Shown here one piece after another: positions 1 to 9,709 of a stretch of DNA of 64,000 nt; position 1 is the stretch's first letter, and every line of letters begins with the position of its first letter. The notes under the pieces are model-generated. The model was not told where the DNA came from. It saw only the letters and a program-made list of their open reading frames with translations, and did not search any database. The DNA is from Myxococcota bacterium. Its GTDB lineage: Bacteria > Myxococcota > UBA727 > JABDBI01. Both the position numbers and the translations under genes were made by a program. The stretch lies in NCBI GenBank assembly GCA_040387835.1, contig JAZKCZ010000002.1, positions 581,818 through 645,817 of the forward strand, given 5' to 3'.

Positions 1-1009
1 GATTTTGCAAATATTCAACCATGTCCGCATCATTACGTTTTTCCCGCAGATAACGACCGTTCAGCCATAAGAGCTTTTTCAAATCAAAAACTGGTCCACC
101 AAGCGACACGCGTTCCAGTTTAAAATTATCGACAAAATCAGCGAGCGAAAAAATCTCGCGCGCATCCTCAAACGAAAAAGCCATCATGCCCAAGAAGTTG
201 AGCAGTGCGTCCGGCAAGTAACCTGCTTCTTGGAAATAACTCAACGAAACCGGATTCTTACGTTTAGAAACCTTGCTTTTATCCGCATTGCGAAGCAGCG
301 GCAAATGGGCAAATTTAGGCGCTTCCCAACCAAAAAAGCGGTAAAGCAACACGTGCTTAGGCGTAGAGCTAATCCACTCTTCACCGCGAATCACATGGGT
401 AATCTTCATCAAATGGTCATCAACCACATTGGCCAAGTGGTAAGTAGGAAAGCCATCGCTTTTAAACAATACTTGATCATCAACCTCTGAGTTGTTGATT
501 TTAATATCACCACGCAGCAAATCGCCCACGATGGTTTCACCTTCTTTGGGTGTCTTCAGACGTACGACGCCTGAAGTATGATGTAGTTCACGGCAATGGC
601 CGTCATAGCCAGTCGGCTGTTTCAGCGCCAGCTGGCGCTTTCGCACTTCCGCCAAACGCTCAGGCGTACAGCTACACCAATAGGCATGACCGCTGGCAAG
701 CAACATGTCCACATGCTCTTTATAAATCTCGAGGCGCTCACTCTGGCGATAGGGTCCACATGGCCCGCCAATATCAGGACCTTCATCCCACTGAATGCCA
801 AGCCATTTGAGCGATGACAAAATGGCCTGCTCGCTTTCCAGCGTCGAGCGTTTTTGGTCAGTATCTTCAATGCGCAGGATAAACTTGCCGCCATGCTGTT
901 TAGCAAAAGCATAGTTAAAAAGGGCAATATATCCCGTGCCCACATGAGGGTCACCAGTGGGCGAAGGTCCTATACGGACCCGTATTTCCTGAGGATTTGG
1001 CTTGGACAT
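1..1009 (-). CDS. gltX: glutamate--tRNA ligase, N-terminal catalytic part (C-terminus lies beyond the window start)
   Basis: Minus-strand translation from the ATG at 1009 reads [41 protein letters not shown] (class I HIGH-type motif). A KVSKR (KMSKS-like) motif and ALLNFLGMM...[10 protein letters not shown] follow. The frame stays open to position 1. Confidence 0.75.
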   Translation of the reverse strand, partial: MSKPNPQEIRVRIGPSPTGDPHVGTGYIALFNYAFAKQHGGKFILRIEDTDQKRSTLESEQAILSSLKWLGIQWDEGPDIGGPCGPYRQSERLEIYKEHVDMLLASGHAYWCSCTPERLAEVRKRQLALKQPTGYDGHCRELHHTSGVVRLKTPKEGETIVGDLLRGDIKINNSEVDDQVLFKSDGFPTYHLANVVDDHLMKITHVIRGEEWISSTPKHVLLYRFFGWEAPKFAHLPLLRNADKSKVSKRKNPVSLSYFQEAGYLPDALLNFLGMMAFSFEDAREIFSLADFVDNFKLERVSLGGPVFDLKKLLWLNGRYLREKRNDADMVEYLQN

Positions 1010-1100
1010 CGAGTGAGGGCTTAAGTTTTTTTAGGTTAAAAATCAAGGTCATTGTTTTGAATTGCTAATCAGCCAGAATAAGCTTTACCTTAGGGTTCAT

Positions 1101-1340
1101 ATGCTCGGTTTATTGCTTTTATTTTCTCTACAATTTACCTGCTTACAAGATACCGACTGCGTGCTCAGGTCGGCCAACTGTTGCGGCTGCACCAAAGGCG
1201 GACGAGTCGCGGCCGTCCATAAAAGCACGCCCAAGCCTAATTGCGAAAATCGCCTATGCATTCAGTCCGTCAGCACCCATTCTACCTGCAAAGCCAAAAA
1301 GGCAGTTTGTAAGAAAGGCGGTTGTGCGCTTGAGTACTAA
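1101..1340 (+). CDS. small Cys-rich secreted protein (hypothetical)
   Basis: ORF 1062..1340. The internal Met at 1101 gives MLGLLLLFSLQFTC, a signal-peptide-like N-terminus. About 10 Cys in about 65 mature residues. AGGG lies 6 nt upstream of the ATG. Confidence 0.3.
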   Translation: MLGLLLLFSLQFTCLQDTDCVLRSANCCGCTKGGRVAAVHKSTPKPNCENRLCIQSVSTHSTCKAKKAVCKKGGCALEY

Positions 1341-1362
1341 AGGCTATTTATACAAGCCTTAA

Positions 1363-3144
1363 ATGGGCCAAATACAAATATTAAACGAAATTATTGCCAA
1401 TCAAATTGCAGCGGGCGAAGTGGTCGAGCGGCCAGCGTCCATCGTGAAAGAATTAATCGAAAACGCTTTAGACGCAGGTGCAACCCAAATTGATCTGCAC
1501 ATCATCGAAGGTGGCATCGCCAAGCTGGTTATCACCGACAACGGCTGCGGCATGGCGCCAGATGATGCCGTTTTGTGCTTTTCCAGATACGCCACCAGCA
1601 AACTTCGATCCATGAGCGATTTCGCCACCCTGAATTCATTCGGCTTCAGAGGCGAAGCCCTAGCCTCCATCGCATCCGTCAGCCGCATGAGTCTCACCAC
1701 CAGACAAGCGGATACAGTGCTCGCGACTAAAGTGGTCGTTGAAGGCGGTCGTATCTTAGAAGTAACCGAAGCCGGCGCACCTGTAGGCACACGCATTGAA
1801 GTCGAATCGCTCTTTTACAACACCCCGGCGCGCTTGAAATTTTTGAAAAGCCCACGTTCAGAAGCCAGCGCCATCGAAACCATTATGCGCCAAGCTGCGC
1901 TTTCCAAGCCGGCAGTGGGCTTTAGACTGCAAATCGACGCCACCACTAAGCTGGATGTTCGGCAAGCGCCAAGCGAAGCTCGCCAATTCGAGCGCGCAAT
2001 CTACTGCTTAGGCGAAGATACACGTGGATATTTATACCCCATCGATTTAAAAACCGACTTTCTAAGACTATCTGGCTATGTGGCCGCCCCATTGGCAACA
2101 CGCAAAGATAGCCTAGGGCTATACGTCTATGTGAATGGCCGTTTTGTGAAAGACAAACAGCTGGTTCAAGCCATTCGTGTTGCGTATAGAACCATCTTGG
2201 AAATCGGCCGCCACCCCATTGGTGCAATCAACATTGAAGTCGACCCTGAGGTGGTAGACGTCAACGTGCACCCGCAAAAGCTGGAAGTGAGATTCTCAGA
2301 ACCATCGAGAGTACAAAGCCACCTAATCCGCCTTCTAAGCGATTTTCTATCAACCACACCTTGGTTAAATTCCTACCGGGACCTCACCCCCAGCCCCTCT
2401 CCAGAATCTGGAGAGGGGAGAAGCTGGGCTTTAAGTCCCTCTCCACTTGGTGGAGAGGGATTTAGGGTGAGGCTACCCTCTCCCGATTTTGGCGAGCCAA
2501 AATCTCCCTCTCCCACAAGTGGGAGAGGGTATTACGTTCAGCATGGGCTGGGTGGCGCGGAGCGCTACACAGACCTTCGAGTGGTGGGGCAGATTGATTC
2601 TACCTATCTTCTTCTAGAAGGCGCGCGTTCTATGATCGTTTTGGATCAGCATGCAGCGCATGAACGGGTCGTATTCGAACGCGTCTGCGCACAAACCAAA
2701 CAAAACGGTGTTTCCTCTCAAGCTTTACTATTTCCTGTCTCCATCACGCTTTCTCCCGGGGATATGCAGACGCTGATCGAAAAGAAAGATGTCTTTTTGC
2801 CCTACGGCTTCGAAATCGAGCCCTTTGGCGATCACCAAGCGATCGTCAAAACCACTCCCGCAGGCCTTAAGTCGGAGTATGCCGAGACGATCATTAAGGA
2901 CACCCTGTCCGATTTACGAAACGCCGACCGCCCAGATGCGTTGCAAGAGTTCTCCGATCACATCTGCGCACAAATCGCTTGTCACACTTCCATCAGAGCC
3001 GGACAGCGCCTAGATAATTCAGAAATCCTAGCCCTATTAGAACAACTTGACGTTATCGACTACGCCGCGCACTGCCCACACGGACGCCCGGTAGTACGAG
3101 CGATACCTTTCACCGAGATCGCTCAATGGTTTCACAGGACTTAA
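1363..3144 (+). CDS. mutL: DNA mismatch repair protein MutL, with a 50-aa in-frame insertion in the linker
   Basis: N-terminal GHKL ATPase motifs (NQIAAGEVVERPASIVKELIENALDAGA, ITDNGCGM) and a C-terminal dimerisation domain. A miaA gene overlaps the 3' end, the classic mutL-miaA arrangement. Confidence 0.9.
   Translation: MGQIQILNEIIANQIAAGEVVERPASIVKELIENALDAGATQIDLHIIEGGIAKLVITDNGCGMAPDDAVLCFSRYATSKLRSMSDFATLNSFGFRGEALASIASVSRMSLTTRQADTVLATKVVVEGGRILEVTEAGAPVGTRIEVESLFYNTPARLKFLKSPRSEASAIETIMRQAALSKPAVGFRLQIDATTKLDVRQAPSEARQFERAIYCLGEDTRGYLYPIDLKTDFLRLSGYVAAPLATRKDSLGLYVYVNGRFVKDKQLVQAIRVAYRTILEIGRHPIGAINIEVDPEVVDVNVHPQKLEVRFSEPSRVQSHLIRLLSDFLSTTPWLNSYRDLTPSPSPESGEGRSWALSPSPLGGEGFRVRLPSPDFGEPKSPSPTSGRGYYVQHGLGGAERYTDLRVVGQIDSTYLLLEGARSMIVLDQHAAHERVVFERVCAQTKQNGVSSQALLFPVSITLSPGDMQTLIEKKDVFLPYGFEIEPFGDHQAIVKTTPAGLKSEYAETIIKDTLSDLRNADRPDALQEFSDHICAQIACHTSIRAGQRLDNSEILALLEQLDVIDYAAHCPHGRPVVRAIPFTEIAQWFHRT
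2382..2530. repeat. cluster of 3-4 palindromic units (CCCTCTCCAG-N3-CTGGAGAGGG type plus ATTTAGGGTGAGG), inserted in-frame in mutL
   Basis: Palindromes at 2394-2418 (cccctctccag aat ctggagagggg), 2437-2459 (ccctctccacttggtggagaggg, followed by atttagggtgagg at 2460-2472), 2485-2504 (gattttggc ga gccaaaatc) and 2506-2529 (ccctctccc acaagt gggagaggg). Translated in the mutL frame as PSPSPESGEGRSWALSPSPLGGEGFRVRLPSPDFGEPKSPSPTSGRG. Confidence 0.8.
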
Positions 3145-3989
3145 CCCCAATTGTAATCGCCGGCCCCACCGGCTCTGGCAAAAGTGCCCTGGCGATGAAA
3201 ATGGCCAAAGAGCTGGGCGGCGAAATTGTCTGCGCCGACAGCCGGCAAATTTACGAGCGCATGAGCATCGGCACTGCCGCTCCGAGCCAAGAAGAATATA
3301 TCTTGGTCAAACACCACGGCTTCGAGCACCTAGACCCTAAAGAAGTCTATAGCGCAGGCCGATTTGTGACCGATACAGACGCCTTTGTGCAAGAAATCCA
3401 ATCCCGCGGCAAAGTGCCCCTGATTGTCGGAGGCACAGGCTTATATCTACGAGCCTGGCGCTTCGGCCTAGCTGACGTGCTGCCCTCCGACCCTCAGGTG
3501 CGAGCAAGACTGGAACAACAAGATTTAAGCGATTTGTATCTAAAACTCCAGGAAGTGGACCCCGCAAGCGCAGCTAAAATCAAAGCCACAGACCCCGTAC
3601 GCATCCTGCGCGCCCTGGAAATCCTTGAAATCAGCGGCCAGCCCGCCAGCCAACTCAGACACACCGACTGGGCTCGCGAGCCGCGCGTCAATGCCCGCTG
3701 GCTTTTGCTTAAGCCATCGAAAGAAGAACTGGATCAAAGGCTCAAACAACGCGTCGATCAAATGTTCGAAGCCGGCTTAGTCGCAGAAGCTGTCGCTTTA
3801 AGAGACTACCTAGGCCCTGCAGCATCCCCAAAAGGTCTGTTGGGCACCCCTGGTTATGCAGAGAGCTTGGCACTCGTGGATGGACTACTAACCGAACAGG
3901 AAATGTTCGAAAGGACGTTCATCCGCCATAGACAATACGCCAAGCAGCAGGTTACCTGGTTTCAGAAGGAGAGTTGGTGGGCGCTTTAA
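3126..3989 (+). CDS. miaA: tRNA dimethylallyltransferase
   Basis: MVSQDLTPIVIAGPTGSGKSALAMKMAKELGGEIVCADSRQIYERMSIGTAAPS, a P-loop plus conserved MiaA N-terminus. Overlaps the mutL stop by 19 nt. Confidence 0.9.
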   Translation: MVSQDLTPIVIAGPTGSGKSALAMKMAKELGGEIVCADSRQIYERMSIGTAAPSQEEYILVKHHGFEHLDPKEVYSAGRFVTDTDAFVQEIQSRGKVPLIVGGTGLYLRAWRFGLADVLPSDPQVRARLEQQDLSDLYLKLQEVDPASAAKIKATDPVRILRALEILEISGQPASQLRHTDWAREPRVNARWLLLKPSKEELDQRLKQRVDQMFEAGLVAEAVALRDYLGPAASPKGLLGTPGYAESLALVDGLLTEQEMFERTFIRHRQYAKQQVTWFQKESWWAL

Positions 3990-4357
3990 CCAAGGCATAA
4001 ATCGCGGGAAGCTGTTTGTGATGCCAAACGAAAACTTCCTCCAAATCAGGGTTAGCTTCTATTTCAGCCAACATGTAATTGATGAATCCGGGTTGGTTTA
4101 TCAAATTTTCAATAGCAAATATACCTGTGACGTTATTTTGCACAAACCATTGGTTTGGGTGGGGAAAAATAACCAAAGGGGGCAGGACGACATGTTTCTT
4201 CATGGCATTAGAACTATTTATCGACGTCAAACAACAAATGAACGACAGCATGTAAATTCGCGACATGCCTTTGTACTTGCACCTTTATAGACATTCGTAA
4301 AGTTAGCGCTGAAAGCGCGCATCTTGACCAGGTAACATTAATTGATATCATATTCAC

Positions 4358-5179
4358 ATGTCATCAAACCCGTTTTTAAACACAACATTTTGGCTAGCTG
4401 TCAGTCTAACAAGCATCGCTATAGCAGGTAATCACGGACATCCTCCCCAGCGAGGCCCTTTAAAACCAAGTGGTCCGGATCAAAAACACAATAATTCATG
4501 CCACGGTGACGGAGCCGCAGTCGCTGCTCCGGAAGGGGAGAATTTTGAAGAAACAGCAGAAGCTGATTATGCCAGCTCCGATTTCGAGTCTGCCGCTGCC
4601 CATTTTACGCACGCAGAAACCTTCTATAAAAATGCGGGACAATATGCAGATGCCGACAGAATGGCGCGCCGGCGAGAAGACGCCATGAGGGCTGAAGGTG
4701 AAAAAGCACGCAGGTTGCCGTTAAAAAGTAAAAGTTCAGGCATACCAGCTCCTTATGTAAGAGATCGAGATGATAACAGTACGAATGGACTAGCTTTGGA
4801 TTTGGCCAAAGAGGGTCGTCATAATCTAGCCTCAGCATCATTTCTCGAAGCTGCCAGACAATACCGGGCGAGGGATGAGCTGGAGGCTGCGGTGAAAGCG
4901 TTCCTTAATGCGGGTAATTCATACCTACGGACACCTGACACCCAAGCAGCATTTCTTAGTTTTGATCAGGCCATCGAGATGCTTATGGCACTCGCACTTC
5001 AAGCTTTCGAAGAAGGTCAGCCAATGATTAGTAAAGATTACTATTTCCGCGCTTCAACCTTAATAGGAAGGCTTTTAATGCTGCCCTCCTTAGAAGCATA
5101 CAAAACCCATCTTTCCTTTCAGCTAGCCAAGATCCAGAAAGAACTACAGCCCTTAAGCAGCAGCTTTCAAGACAGGTAG
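4358..5179 (+). CDS. hypothetical protein with N-terminal hydrophobic anchor and TPR-like helical repeats
   Basis: 273-aa ORF. N-terminal FWLAVSLTSIAIAG hydrophobic segment. Repeated Ala-rich helical motifs (AAAHFTHAETFYKNAGQYADA, AARQYRARDELEAAVKAFLNAGNSY). Confidence 0.5.
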   Translation: MSSNPFLNTTFWLAVSLTSIAIAGNHGHPPQRGPLKPSGPDQKHNNSCHGDGAAVAAPEGENFEETAEADYASSDFESAAAHFTHAETFYKNAGQYADADRMARRREDAMRAEGEKARRLPLKSKSSGIPAPYVRDRDDNSTNGLALDLAKEGRHNLASASFLEAARQYRARDELEAAVKAFLNAGNSYLRTPDTQAAFLSFDQAIEMLMALALQAFEEGQPMISKDYYFRASTLIGRLLMLPSLEAYKTHLSFQLAKIQKELQPLSSSFQDR

Positions 5180-5223
5180 CCACCCACTAGGCATAATGGC
5201 TTAATCAGCTAAGGTGGGCGGCT

Positions 5224-6726
5224 ATGCATTCAAATTTTGTTGCTATTTTGGACTATGGTTCTCAGACGACTCAACTAATTGGCCGTCGGCTTCGAGAGTT
5301 TAAAGTATTCTCTGAAATTTTCCCTTACCATATCGACATTGAAACGCTGAAGGCTCATGCGCCTAAGGCGATTATTTTGTCGGGCGGGCCTAATTCGGCC
5401 CATTCTAAAGACGCGTTTCCGCTGCCAGAAGGATTGCTTGAATTAGGCTTGCCAATTTTAGGTATCTGTTATGGCGCTCAGATTTTGACCCAGACATTGG
5501 GCGGTCTCGTATCCCCATCGGAGCATCACGAGTATGGGCGATCGTTTATTAGTTTGCAGCGAACTTCATTGCTATTTAAAGGGCTTGATCATCAAGAAGT
5601 CTGGATGAGCCACGGTGATCAGATTGCTCGCCTACCAGAAGGTTTTGTCACTTTGGCATCAACGCCAACTTGCCCTCATGCAGGCATTGCTTGTGAAGAG
5701 CGCAAAATCTATGGCGTTCAGTTCCACCCTGAAGTGACGCACACCGTTCATGGTCGCCAGATTCTGACGAACTTCTTGTTTGAAATCGCCAAAGTGAAGC
5801 CTACTTACGAGCTTTCTGATTTCCTAAGTGAAGAAACAGCCCGCATTAAAGAACAAGTGGGAGACGCCCAGGTGATTATGGCGCTTTCAGGTGGGGTTGA
5901 CTCAATGGTCGCGGCAAAACTGGTTCAAAATGCCATTGGCGACCAGCTTATCCCGATTTATGTGAACCATGGTTTGCATCGCCTTGGCGAAATTGCGGAA
6001 ATTGAAGCCGTTAAACCACAAATCGTCGATGCCAGAGCACGCTTTTTTGAAGGGCTGAAAGGCGTTACTGACCCGGAAGAAAAGCGCAAAGTTATCGGCC
6101 GTTTGTTTGTAGAGATTTTCGATGAAGAATCGAAGAAATTCCCCAATGTACAATTTTTAGGGCAAGGCACGATTTACCCCGATGTAATCGAATCCCCAAG
6201 CAGAGACGGTGGCCCGAGCGACGGCATTAAAACACACCACAATGTGGGTGGCCTGCCTGAAATCATGAACTTGAAGTTGGTTGAACCGCTGCGAACTCTA
6301 TTTAAAGACGAAGTGCGCGATTTGGGCAAATTGCTCGGCCTGCCTGAGAAATCCCTAGCACGCCAACCTTTTCCTGGGCCAGGGTTTGCGATTCGCATCC
6401 TAGGCGAAGTGACTGAGCAGCGCTGCGAAATTCTTGCTCAAGCAGATGCCATCGTACGCACCGAAATCGGTGGTGGCTATTGGCAGTTCTTTGCGATCTT
6501 ACTCCCCGTCAAAAGCGTTGGCGTCATGGGTGATGGCCGGCGCTATGGCGAAACCATTTGCGTCAGGTGCATCGAAAGCGAAGACGGCATGAGCGCTGAC
6601 TGGGCTTATTTGCCACGAGAAATTTTGAGCCGCATATCCAACCGGATCATTAACGAAGTTGATGGCATTACCCGGGTTGTTTATGATATCAGCTCCAAGC
6701 CACCAGCAACCATTGAGTGGGAATGA
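5224..6726 (+). CDS. guaA: GMP synthase (glutamine-hydrolysing)
   Basis: N-terminal class-I glutamine amidotransferase (ILDYGSQTTQLIGRRLRE, GICYGAQ). ATP-PPase SGGVDS motif. Conserved C-terminal GMPS domain ending TIEWE. Confidence 0.92.
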   Translation: MHSNFVAILDYGSQTTQLIGRRLREFKVFSEIFPYHIDIETLKAHAPKAIILSGGPNSAHSKDAFPLPEGLLELGLPILGICYGAQILTQTLGGLVSPSEHHEYGRSFISLQRTSLLFKGLDHQEVWMSHGDQIARLPEGFVTLASTPTCPHAGIACEERKIYGVQFHPEVTHTVHGRQILTNFLFEIAKVKPTYELSDFLSEETARIKEQVGDAQVIMALSGGVDSMVAAKLVQNAIGDQLIPIYVNHGLHRLGEIAEIEAVKPQIVDARARFFEGLKGVTDPEEKRKVIGRLFVEIFDEESKKFPNVQFLGQGTIYPDVIESPSRDGGPSDGIKTHHNVGGLPEIMNLKLVEPLRTLFKDEVRDLGKLLGLPEKSLARQPFPGPGFAIRILGEVTEQRCEILAQADAIVRTEIGGGYWQFFAILLPVKSVGVMGDGRRYGETICVRCIESEDGMSADWAYLPREILSRISNRIINEVDGITRVVYDISSKPPATIEWE

Positions 6727-7292
6727 GACCATCAGACATGAATAGCAAAACACGAAATCTAAATCCTCAACGCCTCGTTTGGATCGATCTGGAAATGACC
6801 GGTTTGGATGAGAATACTTGCGCCATTGTTCAAGCCGCCATGGTGATTACTGACTTGCAGCTCAATGAAATTGCCAGCATTGATATGACCATTTGGCAGC
6901 CTGATTCCGTTCTGGCTGGCATGGTTCCTTTTGTTAAGAACATGCACACCCACAACGGTTTGCTAAAGAAAGTTCGCGCTTCTGAGGTCTCACTTCAGGA
7001 TGCAGAACGCAAGCTAATGGAAGTTTTGACCCAACATGTGGTGTACCAACGAGGCTTTTTGGCGGGCAACTCGATCTACATGGATCGGCTCTTTTTGCGT
7101 AAATATATGCCTGCTTTGGAAGGCTACCTGCATTACCGCCAAGTGGACGTGTCTTCGATTAAGATACTCTGCCAAGAATGGTTAAAAACGCAGGCGCCTA
7201 AGAAAGAAAGCACCCACACCGCACTTGATGACATTCAACAAAGTATCGAAGAACTTAAATATTTCCGAAACAATTGTTTTAGATTGCCTTAA
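6717..7292 (+). CDS. orn: oligoribonuclease (likely true start at the ATG at 6738)
   Basis: LVWIDLEMTGLD DEDDh exonuclease motif I, HTALDDI motif III. About 185 aa, typical of Orn. Confidence 0.85.
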   Translation: MGMRPSDMNSKTRNLNPQRLVWIDLEMTGLDENTCAIVQAAMVITDLQLNEIASIDMTIWQPDSVLAGMVPFVKNMHTHNGLLKKVRASEVSLQDAERKLMEVLTQHVVYQRGFLAGNSIYMDRLFLRKYMPALEGYLHYRQVDVSSIKILCQEWLKTQAPKKESTHTALDDIQQSIEELKYFRNNCFRLP

Positions 7293-7300
7293 AATTACTC

Positions 7301-7957
7301 ATGAACGAAATCATTCTTTTGGGTCAAATCGGCACGGTGGTCGCAGCCTGCCTTTTTGCCGCCAAGCTTGGCAAAGAAGCCCTATTTATTATCATCAGCT
7401 TGCAAGCGATTATCGCGAACTTGCTGGTTTTAAAACAGACCTATTTGTTTGGGCTACATGTAACTTGCTCCGATGCATTTGCGGTCGGAAGCATCTTGAG
7501 TCTCAATCTGCTCCAAGAAAAATTTGGGGCAAAAGAGTCTAAACTGGCCACTTGGCTATGTTTTGGCAGCATGCTTTTCTTTGCACTTTGTACGCAGATA
7601 CATCTCTTATATACGCCAAGTCCTACGGATACGATGCACCCGCATTATGCAGAGCTTTTAAATCCCGCGCCTAGATTATTTTGGGCTTCGCTGACCAGCT
7701 TTTTCTTGGTGCAGCAGTTCGATGTTCGATTTTATGGATTTTTAAAGCGAAAACTGCCAACTTGGCGATTCGGAGTGCGCAGTACGATTTCGCTGCTACT
7801 TTCTCAACTGCTCGACACATTTCTATTTAGCACTTTGGGCCTGTGGGGGCTGGTTGATTCGCTGCCGCAGATTTTTATATTTAGTTACTTGATGAAAGTC
7901 ATCGTGATTGCCATCATGGGCATCACGCCTTACCTGCTCCCCCGACATAAATTATGA
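7301..7957 (+). CDS. queuosine precursor transporter, YhhQ/QueT-like (VUT family) membrane protein
   Basis: 218-aa polytopic membrane protein, 6-7 TM, typical YhhQ size. Directly upstream of and overlapping tgt, a conserved queuosine-salvage linkage. Confidence 0.55.
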   Translation: MNEIILLGQIGTVVAACLFAAKLGKEALFIIISLQAIIANLLVLKQTYLFGLHVTCSDAFAVGSILSLNLLQEKFGAKESKLATWLCFGSMLFFALCTQIHLLYTPSPTDTMHPHYAELLNPAPRLFWASLTSFFLVQQFDVRFYGFLKRKLPTWRFGVRSTISLLLSQLLDTFLFSTLGLWGLVDSLPQIFIFSYLMKVIVIAIMGITPYLLPRHKL

Positions 7958-9078
7958 AATTCGAAATATTACACCAATCTAAAAAATCTCGTGCTCGCGT
8001 TGGGCGCATCCATACCGCACATGGTGTGATCGATACGCCTAACTTTGTAGCAGTTGGCACCAACGGTTCTTTGAAGGCTTTGGACAGCAAGACTGTTGAA
8101 GCTTTGGGCATTCAGCTGATGTTTTGCAATACTTACCATCTGATGCTTCAGCCCGGATCTAAACGGGTTGCTGAAGCCGGGGGCTTGCACAAGTTTATGA
8201 ATCGCTCGATGCCGATCATTACGGATTCGGGTGGGTTTCAGGTATTTAGCTTGGCTTATGGTTCGGTTGCCAGTGAGCTCAAAAGCCAAGGGACCAAGCA
8301 AATAGACGGCAGCGTTCTGAAGATCAACGAAGAAGGCGTTTTGTTTAGGTCCTATCGCAATGGCGATAAAGTCTTTTTGACGGCTGAGACTTCCATTCAG
8401 GCGCAAAAAGATTTGGGCGCGGACATCATGATCAGCTTTGATGAACTGCCACCTTATCATATGGATCAGACCGCGTTGATCGACTCCATGGAGCGCACCC
8501 ATCGTTGGGAAAAGCGGTCGCTGGATGAGCATTTGAAAGACCCGCGGCATCAGGCACTGTATGCGGTGATCCACGGTGGGGTTGATGTTGAACTTCGCAA
8601 GAAAAGCTGTGCTTATCTGGGTAATCTGCCCTTTGATGGCTTTGGCATTGGTGGCAGCTTAGGCAAAAATCGCCCTGAAATGATCAATATGTTGACCGAG
8701 GTCATGCCTTTTGTCCCGCCGGAGCGACCGAATCACCTTTTAGGGATCGGGGATTTGCCATCGATAAGAGACTGTGTGCCACTGGGTGTGGATACTTTTG
8801 ATAGCTCGTTCCCGACCAAAGCCGCCCGGCATGGGACGTTGATGACCATGGACAGCACCCATTTTAATATCACCCGGGGCAAGCATGCGGATAATCTTGG
8901 GCCGATGGTGGCTGATTGCGAGTGTTACACCTGTCAGAATTATTCAGCGGCCTATATTCATCATTTGTTCAAAGCCCACGAACCGACCGTCATGACCCTA
9001 GCCAGTATTCACAATGTGCATATCATGGTAAAGATGATGGCTCGTTATCGACAGCAAATTTTGGACGACCAGATTTAA
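7954..9078 (+). CDS. tgt: queuine tRNA-ribosyltransferase
   Basis: ARVGRIHTAHGVIDTPNFVAVGT, MFCNTYHL and a C-terminal zinc site (CECYTCQNYSAAYIHHL) are all diagnostic of Tgt. Confidence 0.9.
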   Translation: MKFEILHQSKKSRARVGRIHTAHGVIDTPNFVAVGTNGSLKALDSKTVEALGIQLMFCNTYHLMLQPGSKRVAEAGGLHKFMNRSMPIITDSGGFQVFSLAYGSVASELKSQGTKQIDGSVLKINEEGVLFRSYRNGDKVFLTAETSIQAQKDLGADIMISFDELPPYHMDQTALIDSMERTHRWEKRSLDEHLKDPRHQALYAVIHGGVDVELRKKSCAYLGNLPFDGFGIGGSLGKNRPEMINMLTEVMPFVPPERPNHLLGIGDLPSIRDCVPLGVDTFDSSFPTKAARHGTLMTMDSTHFNITRGKHADNLGPMVADCECYTCQNYSAAYIHHLFKAHEPTVMTLASIHNVHIMVKMMARYRQQILDDQI

Positions 9079-9091
9079 CCACGGAGAATAC

Positions 9092-9691
9092 ATGTACAGC
9101 CTGATTCAAAAACCAGCCCCTGATTTTAATGCCGAAGCTGTGATGGCTAACGGTGAATTTTCAAAAATTTCGCTTTCTAGCTTTAAAGACAAAAAATATG
9201 TCTGCTTATTTTTCTACCCACTAGATTTCACTTTCGTATGCCCATCTGAGATCATTTCATTTTCTCACCGCGCAAAAGATTTTGAAGCGCGCCAAACCCA
9301 AATTTTAGGTGTATCGGTTGATTCCAAATTTAGCCATTACGCCTGGAGACAAACGCCCGTGGACAACGGCGGAATTGGTGCGATTGAATTCCCGTTAATT
9401 TCCGACATCACCAAGGAAATTGCTCGTGATTATGGCGTACTAGTTGAAGATGCAGTCGCTTTGCGCGGAACATTCTTAATCGATATGGCTGGCGTTGTCC
9501 GTCACGCAACTTTGAACGATCTGCCACTGGGCCGAAATGTTGATGAAACCCTTCGCATGATCGATGCTTTGCAACACACTGAAAAATATGGCGAAGTATG
9601 TCCAGCAGGCTGGAGAAAAGGTGATACCGCGATGAAGGCTAATACAGCCGGCGTAGCATCCTATCTGAAAGAAAACGCTGCAAACCTATAA
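9092..9691 (+). CDS. ahpC: typical 2-Cys peroxiredoxin (AhpC/Prx1 family)
   Basis: Peroxidatic FTFVCPSEI and resolving VCPAGW motifs. 199 aa. Confidence 0.85.
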   Translation: MYSLIQKPAPDFNAEAVMANGEFSKISLSSFKDKKYVCLFFYPLDFTFVCPSEIISFSHRAKDFEARQTQILGVSVDSKFSHYAWRQTPVDNGGIGAIEFPLISDITKEIARDYGVLVEDAVALRGTFLIDMAGVVRHATLNDLPLGRNVDETLRMIDALQHTEKYGEVCPAGWRKGDTAMKANTAGVASYLKENAANL

Positions 9692-9709
9692 AAGCTAGGT
9701 TTCCAAAGT

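Noticed and set aside
230-954. ORFs 230..490 (+), 550..810 (+), 596..817 (+) and 622..954 (-)
   Set aside because: All lie within or out of frame with the gltX coding region, which reads continuously on the minus strand from 1009 to 1.
1401-2357. Minus-strand ORFs 1401..1796, 1946..2227 and 2166..2357 inside mutL, and similar antisense ORFs inside guaA, tgt, kdpB, tal-pgi and the giant lipoprotein
   Set aside because: They are shadow ORFs antisense to well-supported genes. No RBS or family signal.
3952-4290. Mutually antisense small ORFs 3952..4266 (-) and 4018..4290 (+)
   Set aside because: They are mutually exclusive. Both have weak translation signals and no recognisable domains. Kept only as a region-level finding.
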